From NCBI GenBank assembly GCA_964035545.1, contig OZ037766.1, positions 62,001 through 126,000 of the forward strand: a stretch of 64,000 bases of DNA. The letters are read 5' to 3'. The position numbers and the translations under genes are program-made. The first letter of the stretch is position 1. The number at the start of each line of letters is the position of its first letter. Source of the DNA: Bugula neritina (lineage: Eukaryota > Animalia > Bryozoa). Below are positions 1 to 13,700 of this stretch, in pieces. A model generated the notes under the pieces. That model made no database searches. It saw nothing but the letters and a program-made list of their open reading frames with translations, and was not told the DNA's origin.

Positions 1-527
1 TATAGTACTGAGTATAGTATAGCACTGAGTATAATATAGTACTGAGTATAGTATAGTACTGAGTATAATATAGTACTGAGTATAATATAGTACTGAGTAT
101 AATATAGTACTGAGTATAATATAGTACTGAGTATAGTATAGTACTGAGTATAATATAGTACTGAGTATAACATAGTACTGAGTATAATATAGTACTGAGT
201 ATAGTATAATACTGAGTATAATATAGTACTGAGTATAATATAGTACTGAGTATAATATAGTACTGAGTATAGTATAGTACTGAGTATAATATAATACTGA
301 GTATAATATAGTATTGAGTATAATATAGTACTGAGTATAATATAGTACTGAGTATAATATAGTACTGAGTATAATATAGTACTGAGTATAATATAGTATT
401 GAGTATAATATAGTACTGAGTATAATATAGTACTGAGTATAATATAGTACTGAGTATAATATAGTACTGAGTATAATATAGTACTGAGTATAGTATAGTA
501 CTGAGTATAATATAGTACTGAGTGTAA
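1..527. repeat. 17-bp minisatellite (TATAGTACTGAGTATAA)n
   Basis: About 30 near-identical tandem units. Confidence 0.95.
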
Positions 528-557
528 TATCATATAATATTATTATTGTAATCTCAG

Positions 558-1221
558 CATGACTCAGCGTCTATGAAAAAGTTTTCTCAAAGAGTTCTGG
601 ACACGAATGGAGAGACAAAAGAGTTGAAGAAGTCAAGTAAAAAGATTCGCAATAAAACCAGTAAATACTCTAAATATATCTCACCTCACAATTATGTATT
701 ATATAATATCACATGCATTATATATAATATCACATATATTATATAATAGTACATGTATTATGTAATAGTACATGTATTATATAATAGTACATGTATTATA
801 TGATATTATATGTAATATTATATATTATTGTGTTTCAGGACAAATTCACAACTTCAAAAGTTGCAAAATGATTTTGAAAAAACTTATAATTTTATTGGGC
901 TCCGGTCCATTTTGCTGAGAATTGAAGGAGTAACTTACAAGATAGTTTTCTGAGCAGTTTAGTTTGATGTTGAAATGTTGATGTGACGTATCTTGATCTC
1001 TCTTGTCATGTTCAACAGCTGCTGGAGGAAGATCTAGAATATGTCAACTCAATGCCGCTTACAACAAACTGCGAAGTGTCATACCAGCCCCGCCTCATCA
1101 GGCTGTGCACAGACAGCTGTCTAAGATTGCTACTCTAAGGCTATCTATTCAATACATCAGAGCCTTGTCCCAGATTCTTCAACACTCCGACGAGCAGACG
1201 ACTCCAGCGAATGCAGTCTAA
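558..1221 (+). CDS. Partial bHLH protein (class A/Twist-Ptf1-Atonal-like HLH) with degenerate basic region; 5' part outside window or hidden
   Basis: Exon 1019-1221 encodes RSRICQLNAAYNKLRSVIP...QLSKIATLRLSIQYIRALSQIL (HLH consensus RxxxLNxAFxxLRxxIP...LSKIxTLRxAIxYI). There is an in-frame TGA at 994 and no ATG, so it needs the pyrimidine-rich acceptor ending at 1018. Candidate upstream exon 558-660 (ag...gtaaat, 103 nt, phase 1) joins in frame to give KKIRNKTTAGGRSRI. Confidence 0.6.
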
Positions 1222-1983
1222 ACTCTAGTCTACAGCTAAATGGTTTCTTGGGGGGAAATATTAGATTTTTCAACATGTATATTTCAAGGCTGGAGTTTTC
1301 TGGATACAGAACTTTATTAAATTCATAATTTATTCTGTAATCTGTTGAAATCATGCAAATACAACTTGGATGTTGAAATAAGATCACTTTAATTGATTGA
1401 TTTTTTGTCATTACATTTCTCATTTGTGTTATTTTTCAGTTCTCACAATTCTAACTCCTGCTACAATGTTCTCCTATTTATATGAAATTTAGAATATACT
1501 ATGTTTAGGTGTGTCCCAACAAACCTATCATAATCATGTATATGCAACTGGTCTCAAAGTATACTCATCTCAATTCATGCAGTATAACCTGCTCAAACTC
1601 TGTCAGCTTGGCGAAAATTACAGATATAATTTTTTTTTCTATAGTTGCTAAAACTTGAATGAGGCGGGTTTTTAGATTATGATGATTCCATTTTATTTCT
1701 GAGAACTTGACAACATTTAAAAAGTTAGTTTAGAAGGAGATGGCGTCTCTGTGAGTTCCCACCAGGTTTGCCTCAGTTTTACCTTGCCCTCTGAACTTAT
1801 CGACATGTGAGGGTGTACCTCTAGTTGAGAATACATTATTCTTCAATGTATGAGAAATTAAATTGAAAATGAAAATACTGGCTTATAATAAAGCTTGATA
1901 TTGCTATTGTATCATTAAACGCATTAGATAGTGTAGCTGCGAGTGGACAACTTCAAAGTAAATAATCAGTGCAATATACCACT

Positions 1984-1996
1984 TGACCTTTGACCT
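1984..1996. promoter_or_regulatory. Perfect DR1 nuclear-receptor element TGACCT-T-TGACCT upstream of the PDLIM gene
   Basis: Exact consensus ~200 nt before the ATG, with E-box CAGCTG nearby at 2009-2014. Function untested. Confidence 0.3.
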
Positions 1997-2197
1997 TGAA
2001 TTGGCACACAGCTGGATATTATTAGATGCAGACACACATTGATAAGATCTCATTATACTCATTGAGCAGCAGTTAGATGGTCTACATTCTACTCAGTATA
2101 TTACCAACTCTCTACCCTCACACTACACAGAGAGAGTTTAGGTTACATCAGAAACTGTTGCATCTTTGTGAAGCCGACACTGTACCCAGTCCACAAC

Positions 2198-5100
2198 ATG
2201 TCCTCGGGGCCTCAGGCTAACGTCAACATCAGTCTGAGTAGAATTAATGGGCAGATACCGTGGGGCTTCCGTATGACTGGCGGGTTAGACTTTCATTCTT
2301 CTCTCACAATACAAAGAGTAAGTATATATTATATACAATACAAAGAGTAAGTATATATTATATACAATACAAAGAGTAAGTGTATATTATATACAATACA
2401 GAGAGTAAGTATATATTATATACAATACAAAGAGTAAGTATATATTATATACAATACAAAGAGTAAGAATATATTATATACAATACAGAGAGTAAGTATA
2501 TATTATATACAATACAAAGAGTAAGTATATATTATATACAATACAAAGAGTAAGTATATATTATATACAATACAAAGAGTAAGTATATATTATATACAAT
2601 ACAAAGAGTAAGTATATATTATATACAATACAAAGAGTAAGTGTATATTATATACAATACAGAGAGTAAGTGTATATTATATACAATACAAAGAGTAAGT
2701 ATATATTATATACAATACAAAGAGTAAGTGTATATTATATACAATACAGAGAGTAAGTGTATATTATATACAATACAAAGAGTAAGTATATATTATATAC
2801 ATACAACACCTTAATATATAATATATATATAGCATCAGCAATATGTATTTAATGTTATATTTTGTATTTATCAACTAGTAAAAGCTGTGTATGTGTATAT
2901 TATAATATAAATATATAGAAATTATGGTATTTATAGTAAGATGGTTTATTATACACAACTGTGTATACTGCCAACACATATTAACTGACTAATACATGCA
3001 GTAATATGTTAGATAAGCCAATCTCTGCAATATACGCAGTATTCATATTATATCCACACAGTAATCGTATACAGTACACAGTAATCGTATACAGTAGAGC
3101 TTTCATATGCCACAGATCAGCATTGCAGGGTTCTTACTTAACAAATACTGAGCAGCTTGTTGAGGCACGTGTTTACTTTAATACTTTTAGTATAGTTAAT
3201 TGAGAGCAGCTATTTGTAGTATATAGTGTATAGTATGATAATGTAGAGTGTATAATATCATAATGTAGAGTGTATAATATCATAATGTAGAGTGTATAAT
3301 ATCATAGTATATAGTGTATAATATCATAATGTAGAGTGTATAGTATGATAATGTAGAGTGTATAGTATGATAATGTAGAGTGTATAATATCATAATGTAG
3401 AGTGTATAGTATGATAATGTAGAGTGTATAGTATGATAATGTAGAGTGTATAATATCATAATGTAGAGTGCATAATATCATAATGTAGAGTGTATAGTAT
3501 GATAATGTAGAGTGTATAGTATGATAATGTAGAGTGTATAATATCATAATGTAGAGTGTATAATATCATAGTATATAGTGTATAATATCATAATGTAGAG
3601 TGTATAGTATGATAATGTAGAGTGTATAATATCATAGTATATAGTGTATAATATCATAATGTAGAGTGTATAATATCATAGTATATAGTGTATAATATCA
3701 TAATGTAGAGTGTATAATATCATAGTGTAGAGTGTATAATATGATAGTGTAAAGTGTATAGTATGATAATGTAGAGTGTATAATGTATAGTATGATAATG
3801 TAGAGTGTATAATATCATAATGTAGAGTGTATAGTATGATAATGTAGAGTGTATAATATCATAATGTAGAGTGTATAGTATGATAATGTAGAGTGTATAG
3901 TATGATAATGTAGAGTGTATAATATCATAATGTAGAGTGCATAATATCATAATGTAGAGTGTATAGTATGATAATGTAGAGTGTATAGTATGATAATGTA
4001 GAGTGTATAATATCATAATGTAGAGTGTATAATATCATAGTATATAGTGTATAATATCATAATGTAGAGTGTATAATATCATAGTGTAGAGTGTATAATA
4101 TGATAGTGTAAAGTGTATAGTATGATAATGTAGAGTGTATAATGTATAGTATGATAATGTAGAGTGTATAATATCATAATGTAGAGTGTATAGTATCATA
4201 GTGTAGAGTGTATAATATCATAGTATATAGTGTATAATATCATAATGTAGAGTGTATAATATCATAGTGTAGAGTGTATAATATGATAGTGTAAAGTGTA
4301 TAGTATGATAATGTAGAGTGTATAATGTATAGTATGATAATGTAGAGTGTATAATATCATAATGTAGAGTGTATAATATCATAATGTAGAGTGTATAGTA
4401 TGATAATGTAGAATGTATAATGTATAGTATGATAATGTAGAGTGTATAATATCATAATGTAGAGTGTATAGTATCATAGTGTAGAGTGTATAATATCATA
4501 GTATATAGTGTATAATATCATAATGTAGAGTGTATAATATCATAGTATATAGTGTATAATATCATAATGTAGAGTGTATAATATCATAGTGTAGAGTGTA
4601 TAATATGATAGTGTAAAGTGTATAGTATGATAATGTAGAGTGTATAATGTATAGTATGATAATGTAGAGTGTATAATATCATAATGTAGAGTTTATAATA
4701 TCATAATGTAGAGTGTATAGTATGATAATGTAGAATGTATAATGTATAGTATGATAATGTAGAGTGTATAATATCATAATGTAGAGTGTATAGTATCATA
4801 GTGTAGAGTGTATAATATCATAGTATATAGTGTATAATATCATAATGTAGAGTGTATAATATCATAGTGTAGAGTGTATAATATGATAGTGTAAAGTGTA
4901 TAGTATGATAATGTAGAGTGTATAATGTATAGTATGATAATGTAGAGTGTATAATATCATAATGTAGAGTTTATAATATCATAATGTAGAGTGTATAGTC
5001 ATACTGTATAATGTTTATATACGCCACCCGCGCAGGACCACGGCGGTGAAAGGTGACCAAAGGTGACCATAATGTTTGTATAGTCATACTGAATACTGTG

Positions 5101-6853
5101 TATATAGTCATACTGTATACTGTGTATATAGTCATACTGTATACTGTGTATATAGTCATACTGTATACTGTGTATAGTCATACTGTATACTGTGTATAGT
5201 CATACTGTATATATGTGTAACACGAGCAGGTAACTCCCGGCACAATATCCGCCAATTGTGGAGTCATGCCAGGAGACCAAATCATATCCATCAACGGAGT
5301 CCTCGCAGGTACAATGACACACAGAGACGCCCAGCAAAGAATTATTGCCTGCGGAAACAACTTGGCACTAGGACTATGCAGGTAACTTCCTTCTTTAACA
5401 CTAGACTGAGCTCCTCTAACACTAGACTGAGTTCCTCTAACACTAGACTGTGTTCCTCTAACACTAGACTGAGCTCCTCTAACACTAGACTGAGCTCCTC
5501 TAACACTAGACTGAGTTCCTCTAACACTAGACTGAGTTCCTCTAACACTAGACTGAGTTCCTCTAACACTAGACTGAGTTCCTCTAACACTAGACTGAGT
5601 TCCTCTAACACTAGACTGAGTTCCTCTAACACTAGACTGTGTTCCCTTAGAGATGTAGCACATTTGATGGCTGAACCTGCCAGGGCATACAATGGCCAGG
5701 GTCAAGCAGAGTATACTCCCAGCATTAGTTATGTTCCTCACCCTCGAGCTGCTCCTCCAAGTCCGGGACACGGGGACGCATATGTAGCCCCCGGATACCC
5801 GTATCAGGCGCCGGCTGACAGAGCTCAGGTGCCGGGCTATGCCCCGCAAACAAAGGACTTGCCTTCAGTTACAGAAACCAAAAGTTCCAACATTATCACA
5901 TCTCATGGTTACAGGTACAGTGTATACTACAGTGTATACTACAGTGTATACTACAGTGTGTACTACAGTGTGTACTACAGTGTATACTACAGTGTGTACT
6001 ACAGTGTATACCACATTATATACTACAGCGTGTACTACGGTGTATACTACAGTGTATACTACAGTGTATACTATAGTGTATACTACAGTGTATACTACAG
6101 TGTATACTACAGTGTATACTAAAGTGTATACTACAGTGTATACTACAGTGTGTACTACAGCGTGTACTACAGTGTATACTACAGTGTATACTACAGTGTA
6201 TAATACAGTGTATACTACAACGTGTACTACAGTGTATACGACAGTGTATACGACAGTGTATACTACAGTGTATACTACAGTGTATACTACAGCGTATACT
6301 ACAGTGTATACTACAGTGTGTACTACATTGTGTACTACAGTGTATACTACAGTGTGTACTACAGTGTATACTACAGTGTATACTAAACAAAGTCCCACAT
6401 ACAATAAATGTCTTGAACAGCTTGTGTTGTCCTCCCTTGTTCATTGCTCCTAGTTTACCCACTGCATGTTGTAAATTATATATAGATATGTTGTATAATA
6501 TATACAGATATTTTGTAGATTATATATAGATATGTTGTAGAAGATATATAGATATGTTGTATAATATATATAGATATGTTGTATAATATATATATATATA
6601 TATGTTGTATAATATATATAGATATGTTGTATAATATATATAGATATTTTGTAGATTATATATAGATATGTTGTAGAAGATATATAGATATTTTGTAGAA
6701 TATATATAGATATGTTGTATAATATATATATATATATATGTTGTATAATATATATAGATATGTTGTATAATATATATAGATATTTTGTAGATTATATATA
6801 GATATGTTGTAGAAGATATATAGATATGTTGTATAATATATATAGATATGTTG

Positions 6854-6898
<45 letters not shown>

Positions 6899-9301
6899 AT
6901 AATATATATAGATATGTTGTATAATATATATAGATATTTTGTAGATTATATATAGATATGTTGTAGAAGATATATAGATATTTTGTAGAATGAATATAGA
7001 TATTTTGTAGAATATATATAAATATATGTTATAGAATGAAATACTCCGGAAGTTTATTGAACCCTCAGGCAGCTCCACTTTCACACAATCAGAAATCCTA
7101 CGCCCCTGTCTCTCCCCCAAAGCCGATGTACGCACCACCTACTATGCCCTCTCAACCAACCGTGCCCTTCCCTTCTCCCTCTTACACCCCTTCTCCCCTC
7201 TCCCCTCCGATTAAACAGGCAACACCCACACCCTGGGTGCCCCCAGGTAGCAGCGGGCATGTCAAGAATTGGCAGTGTGGAGACAGCACGGCTCACAGAG
7301 GGACCTCTACTTACTACAATGCTGCCCCCCTAGACCCTGGCAAGGTGCCTGTGTGTAAGAGCTGCAACACTAGCATCAGGTGAACAACCAGAGTATACAG
7401 TAGTTAGTATATATAACTGTAGACAGAGTATACAGTAGTTAGTATATATAACTGTAGACAGAGTATACTGTAGTTAGTATATACTACTGTAGACAGAGTA
7501 TACAGTAGTATAATATATAACTGTAGACAGAGTATACAGTAGTATATATAACTGTAGACAGAGTATACTGTCGTTTCAGAGGTCCGTTTATAGTTGCACT
7601 GAACAAGTGTTGGTGTCCCCAGCACTTCACCTGCGCTCAGTGTCAGACTCAACTCATCAATGTGGGCTTTGTAGAGCTCAATGGGAGTATCTACTGTGAG
7701 AAAGATTACGAGCACCACTTTGCTCCACGCTGTGCGAACTGTGCGACAGCCATCATGGGGGTAAACTAGTAATATATACTGTGTCCTGTATATTACTGTA
7801 TATTACTGTATATTATATTATACTGTGTCCTGTATATTACTGTATATTATATCATACTGTGTCCTCTATATTACTGTATATTACCGTATATTATATTATA
7901 CTGTGTCCTGTATATTACTGTATATTACTGTATATTATATTATATACTGTAACCTGTATATTACTGTGTATTATTATAATATACTGCATGTGTATTATTA
8001 TATACTGCATGTGTGTTATACAGGACACAGTGAATGCTCTAAAGAAGACTTGGCATAAACACTGCTTTGTGTGCAGTGAGTGCGGAGGGGAGATAAGTCA
8101 AGGAGCTTTTCATGTAGAAGATGGTAAACCATACTGTGTCAATGGTTAGTAGGTATAAACACTTTATCTAGATTTAAATACATTATATAGATATAAACAG
8201 TATATGTAGATGTAGACAGTATATGTAGATTTAGACAGTATATGTAGATATAGACAGTATATGTAGATATAGACACAGACTATAGATATAGATGTGTTTA
8301 TCCACCAGACTGGCAGAGACTGTTTCAAACCAAGTGTGCAGGCTGTGAGTTCCCAGTGGAGCCTGGAGACAGGTGGATAGAAGCTCTTGGCGTGAACTGG
8401 CACTCTGAATGCTTTTCCTGTAACGTTAGTACTTATCTACTTTCTACTCACACTTCTATACTTTCTATTCACACTTCTATACTTTCTACTCACACTTCTA
8501 TACTTTTCACTCTTACTTATCTACTTTCCACTCGCACTTCTATACTTTCCACTCACACTTCTACACTTTCTACTCACACTTCTACGCTTTCTACTCACAC
8601 TTTTATACTTTCCACTCGTACTTCTATACTTTCTACTTACACTTCTATGCTTTCTACTCACACTTCTACACTTTCCACTCACACTTCTACACTTTCTACT
8701 CACACTTCTATGCTTTCTACTCACACTTCTATACTTTCTACTCATACTTCTACACTTTCTACTCGTACTTCTATACTTTCTACTTACACTTCTACACTTT
8801 CTACTCACACTTCTATACTTTCTACTCACATTTCTATACTTTCTACTTACACTTCTACACTTTCCACTCACACTTCTATACTTTCTACTCACACTTCTAC
8901 ACTTTCTACTCACACTTCTATACTTTCTACTCATACTTCTACACTTTCTACTCGTACTTCTATACTTTCTACTTACACTTCTACACTTTCTACTTACACT
9001 TCTATACTTTCTACTTGTATTTCTATACTTTCTACTCACACTTCTATACTTTCTACTCACACTTCTATACTTTCTACTCACACTTTTATACTTTCTACTC
9101 GTATTTATATACTTTCTTGTTCTTGTACTCACAACTAGTACACAGTACTATATTGATTACTCATTCAAGATGTTCAAAAATGTAGATTCGGTCTGTACCA
9201 TTTTCTTGCAGGTGTGTAACTGTCCTTTGGAGGGAAAAGCTTTCTTCGCTAGAGACGGGAAACCATTTTGTAAAGGTCATGCAGGAGCAGGGGCTAGATG
9301 A
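2198..9301 (+). CDS. PDZ and LIM domain protein, Enigma/ZASP (PDLIM5/7/LDB3, Zasp) family, ~462 aa
   Basis: Exons 2198-2317, 5230-5381, 5651-5914, 7035-7379, 7580-7760, 8024-8144, 8309-8424, 9212-9301; all GT-AG and phase-consistent. N-terminal PDZ ([12 protein letters not shown]...[10 protein letters not shown]), Pro-rich linker, three LIM domains (CKSC...WCPQHFTC; CANC...WHKHCFVC; CAGC...WHSECFSC...CKGH). AATAAA at 9922. Confidence 0.93.
2307..2800 (+). repeat. 29-bp minisatellite duplicating the PDLIM exon-1 donor (ACAATACAAAGA|GTAAGTATATATTATAT)
   Basis: About 17 units, each with the exon end plus GTAAGT. Confidence 0.95.
3222..4998. repeat. 22-bp minisatellite with higher-order variants (GTGTATAATATCATAATGTAGA)
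   Basis: Fills most of PDLIM intron 1. Confidence 0.95.
5393..5645. repeat. 21-bp minisatellite (AACACTAGACTGAGTTCCTCT)
   Basis: About 12 units, nearly the whole of PDLIM intron 2. Confidence 0.95.
5916..7034. repeat. 12-bp (TACAGTGTATAC) array plus AT-rich ~22-bp array in PDLIM intron 3
   Basis: One array abuts the donor and the other abuts the acceptor. Confidence 0.9.
8440..9115. repeat. 21-bp minisatellite (CTACTCACACTTCTATACTTT)
   Basis: Fills PDLIM intron 7. Confidence 0.95.
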
Positions 9302-9329
9302 GACAACTCCTTATTTTAGTGTGTAGCTG

Positions 9330-9801
<472 letters not shown>

Positions 9802-10795
9802 AAAGTAAATATGGTCTATGCTAGTAATGCACCACAACATTTTTAGTGTAGAATAAGTTTTATAGCCAGTGACTAACTCAAGATTTAGAATTTGGGCAGC
9901 CGTTCTGTTCATATTTTAACCAATAAAATAATTACACATGTCAGGGTGCATTGCATAATACATCCTGATTTTTTTTATTCAATTCTGAAACTTGGCAACA
10001 ATAAACTAAATATTGTTACCTAGCAACAAGAAACTAAACAGTGTTACCCAGCAACAAGAAACTAAGCAGTGTTACTTAGCAACTGCAGAACTCATTTCAC
10101 CATTTGCTGCTCTATATAACATATTGTTTTTTATCCCTTATGACTAATTGTTGCTTATTAAATCTTTTTAAAGAATTGCACCATTTTCAAAATATGCTTG
10201 TTCTAAATAAAGTGTAGTGTAGTATATATTATAGCACAATATACACTATAGTGTATTCTGTACTATAGTGTAATATTTACTATAGTGGCATATCTATTAT
10301 ATATGTGTAATATATACTATAGAGTATCCTATAGCATACATAGTATATACTATATATAGTATCTACTATGCTATAGCATACATAGTATATACTATAGCAT
10401 ATACTATGCTATACTTTTAAGCCTTTTTCACTCTGAAGTTATTGTAAGACCTTCTTTAAAAAATATTAACTGAGCTAAAACCTCATAAACCAATACACTT
10501 CCGGTACAACTTTCATGTAATAAACTTTACTAAGTATTTGGTTTTTAAAATTTGTATTTATTTAAAGTTATTGTCATACAAATAGCCTGATTTTTGAAAG
10601 TATCGTTCTAAATTCAAAACTTGTAGATGTGTAAACTAATTTGTAAAAAGAAAATAAGTATTTATTAAACAGGAAGTAACATACACCCTGAACAATCGGT
10701 GAAGAGTTGCATTATAGCATAATCCTAAAAGGAGAAGTATATAGTGGAGAAGTGAGAAGTGAAGGAGTGAGTAGTGCTTGTAGTCTATGTCTGGT

Positions 10796-13700
10796 TTATA
10801 TATTACTAACGGAGAGCTCATAGCTGGGTGGTGCAATATCTACAAAATAACATCTACATATAACCTACATTACATAACATCTACATATAACCTACATTAC
10901 ATAACATCTACATATAACCTACATTACATAAGATCTGCAGCACTAGCAGCAGGTTAAATATAGCAACCTCATTCACTGTATCTACATTCTACATGAACCT
11001 ATGACCTTCCCAAAAATTTTATCATAGCTACAAAATACTTAGTAAAAGGAGCTAAAATCATTAAAAGCTTTCAACAAAAGTCTTAAAAGTCTAGTACTCA
11101 GGCTATCATTGAAATAGACTTTTTTTTACGTACATAGTTTATATTCAGAATTGATTACTCTTACAATAAGCCTTCTCAGAGTTATTGCTTTTAGTTGCTA
11201 AGTTTCAACTTTTGAATTTTCAAAGAGACATTTTTCGAATGTTAGTGAACTTTCAATTACATATTTTGCAATGAATTCAAAACTGCACCAGTCAAAAAAA
11301 CAATAATATGTTCTGTAGAACCACAGAGAAAAGGTCAGTCACAGTTTCATTAAAGAAACATACTCACTGTTCATATAGGCTGGGAGTTGTTTGCTCATGG
11401 TGGGTGCGTATGACTCATCTAGCCTACCATAAGGTACATTCAAGTGTTGGATATCCGAGGGTGCGGCTACCGATACCACAGTAGTTGAAGAACGAATGAT
11501 GTTCTACAATCAAACAGACATTTCCATTTCCTTTTAAGACTACCTTTCTATAGTACATAGTGACATCATGTTACATGTAAATTAGCACTTTCTATAGCAC
11601 ATAGTGACACCATGTTACAGGTAGATTAGCACTTTCTATAGCACATAGTGACATCATGTTACAGGTAGATTAGTATTTTCTATAGCACATAGTGACATCA
11701 TGTTACATGTAAATTAGTACTTTCTATAGCACATAGTGACACCATGTTACAGGTAGATTAGTGTTTTCTATAGCACATAGTGACACCATGTTACAGGTAG
11801 ATTAGCACTTTCTATAGTACATAGTGACATCATGTTACAGGTAGATTAACACTTTCTATAGTACATAGTGACATCATGTTACATGTAGATTAGTGTTTTC
11901 TATAGCACATAGTGACACCATGTTACAGGTAGATTAGCACTTTCTATAGCACATAGTGACACCATGTTACAGGTAGATTAGCACTTTCTATAGCACATAG
12001 TGACATCATGTTACATGTAGATTAGCACTTTCTATAGCACATAGTGACACCATGTTACATGTAGATTAGCACTTTCTATAGCACATAGTGACACCATGTT
12101 ACAGGTAGATTAGTGTTTTCTATAGCACATAGTGACACCATGTTACATGTAGATTAGCACTTTCTATAGCACACATTTACAAACCATTCTTCTGCGACGC
12201 CTAACGATGCACCAGCCAATCAGGGCGATCTTTCCAGCTACTAATAACAGAGCTGGTACAATAATGGCCGCCATCCAACTATTGTCTGTATCTGAAACCA
12301 TTATAAAGAGCTTTACACATTTCCCTTCAGACTAGGCTGTATGTTATACTCTACATTACACACTACACTGTACATCACACACTACACTGTACATTACACA
12401 CTACACTGTACATTACACACTACACTGTACATTACACACTACACTGTACATTACACACTACACTGTACATTACACACTACACTGTACATTACACACTACA
12501 CTGTACATTACACACTACACTGTACATCACACACTACACTGTACATCACACACTACACTGTACATTACACACTACACTGTACATTACACACTACACTGTA
12601 CATTACACACTACACTGTACATTACACACTACACTGTGCATCACACACTACACTGTACATTACACACTACACTGTACATTACACACTACACTGTACATTA
12701 CACACTACACTGTACATTACACACTACACTGTACATTACACACTACACTGTACATCACACACTACACTGTACATTACACACTACACTGTACATTACACAC
12801 TACACCCTACATTACACACTACACTGTACATTACACACTACACTGTACATCACACACTACACTGTACATTACACACTACACTGTACATTACACACTACAC
12901 TCTACATTACACACTACACTCTACATTACACACTACACTCTACATTACACACTACACTCTACATTACACACTACACCCTACATTACACACTACACTGTAC
13001 ATTACACACTACACTGTACATTACACACTACACTGTACATTACACACTACACTGTACATCACACACTACACAGTACATCACACACTACACTATACATCAC
13101 ACACTATACTGTACATCACACACTACACACTACACTGTACAACACACACTACACTATGCACTACATGCACACCAATTTCTTAGGGTCAGAAGATCTGTGT
13201 TAGTTAGTTAGAACTTACAGCTATAAGTTTCTTGTCAGAGATGCAACTTACAGCTTCAGTTTAGCAAGTAGACCAATATATATATTTCAGTTTAGCAAAT
13301 AGACCAATATATATATTTCAGTTTAGCAAATAGACCAATATATATATCTCAGTTTAGCAAATAGACCAATATATATATTTTGGATTTGTTGCTCACCATA
13401 AGAAGGAATGTAATAATCATCATGATCTACAACAATAACGGTAATAAGTGTGATTTACAACCATAACAGTAACAAGTCTGGTTTACAACAATAACAGTAA
13501 CATATGTGATCAGTAACAGGTGTGCAAAGTTTTATAATGCATACTAATTCTTTTCAGATTTACTGAAATACTTATGGAGTTGAAATTTATCACGTACACC
13601 AGGTGGGTATCCACAATGGTGTGGTAGTGATGGGTATTGAGCTGGAACTCTTAGGGGTTGTGAGTAGTTTGTAGGCATCTACAAGTTTAAAAAGAAACAT

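Noticed and set aside
839-929. Possible middle exon of the bHLH gene
   Set aside because: Has AG/GT boundaries, but the phase required by the upstream exon hits a TGA, and the open frame does not fit the flanking exons.
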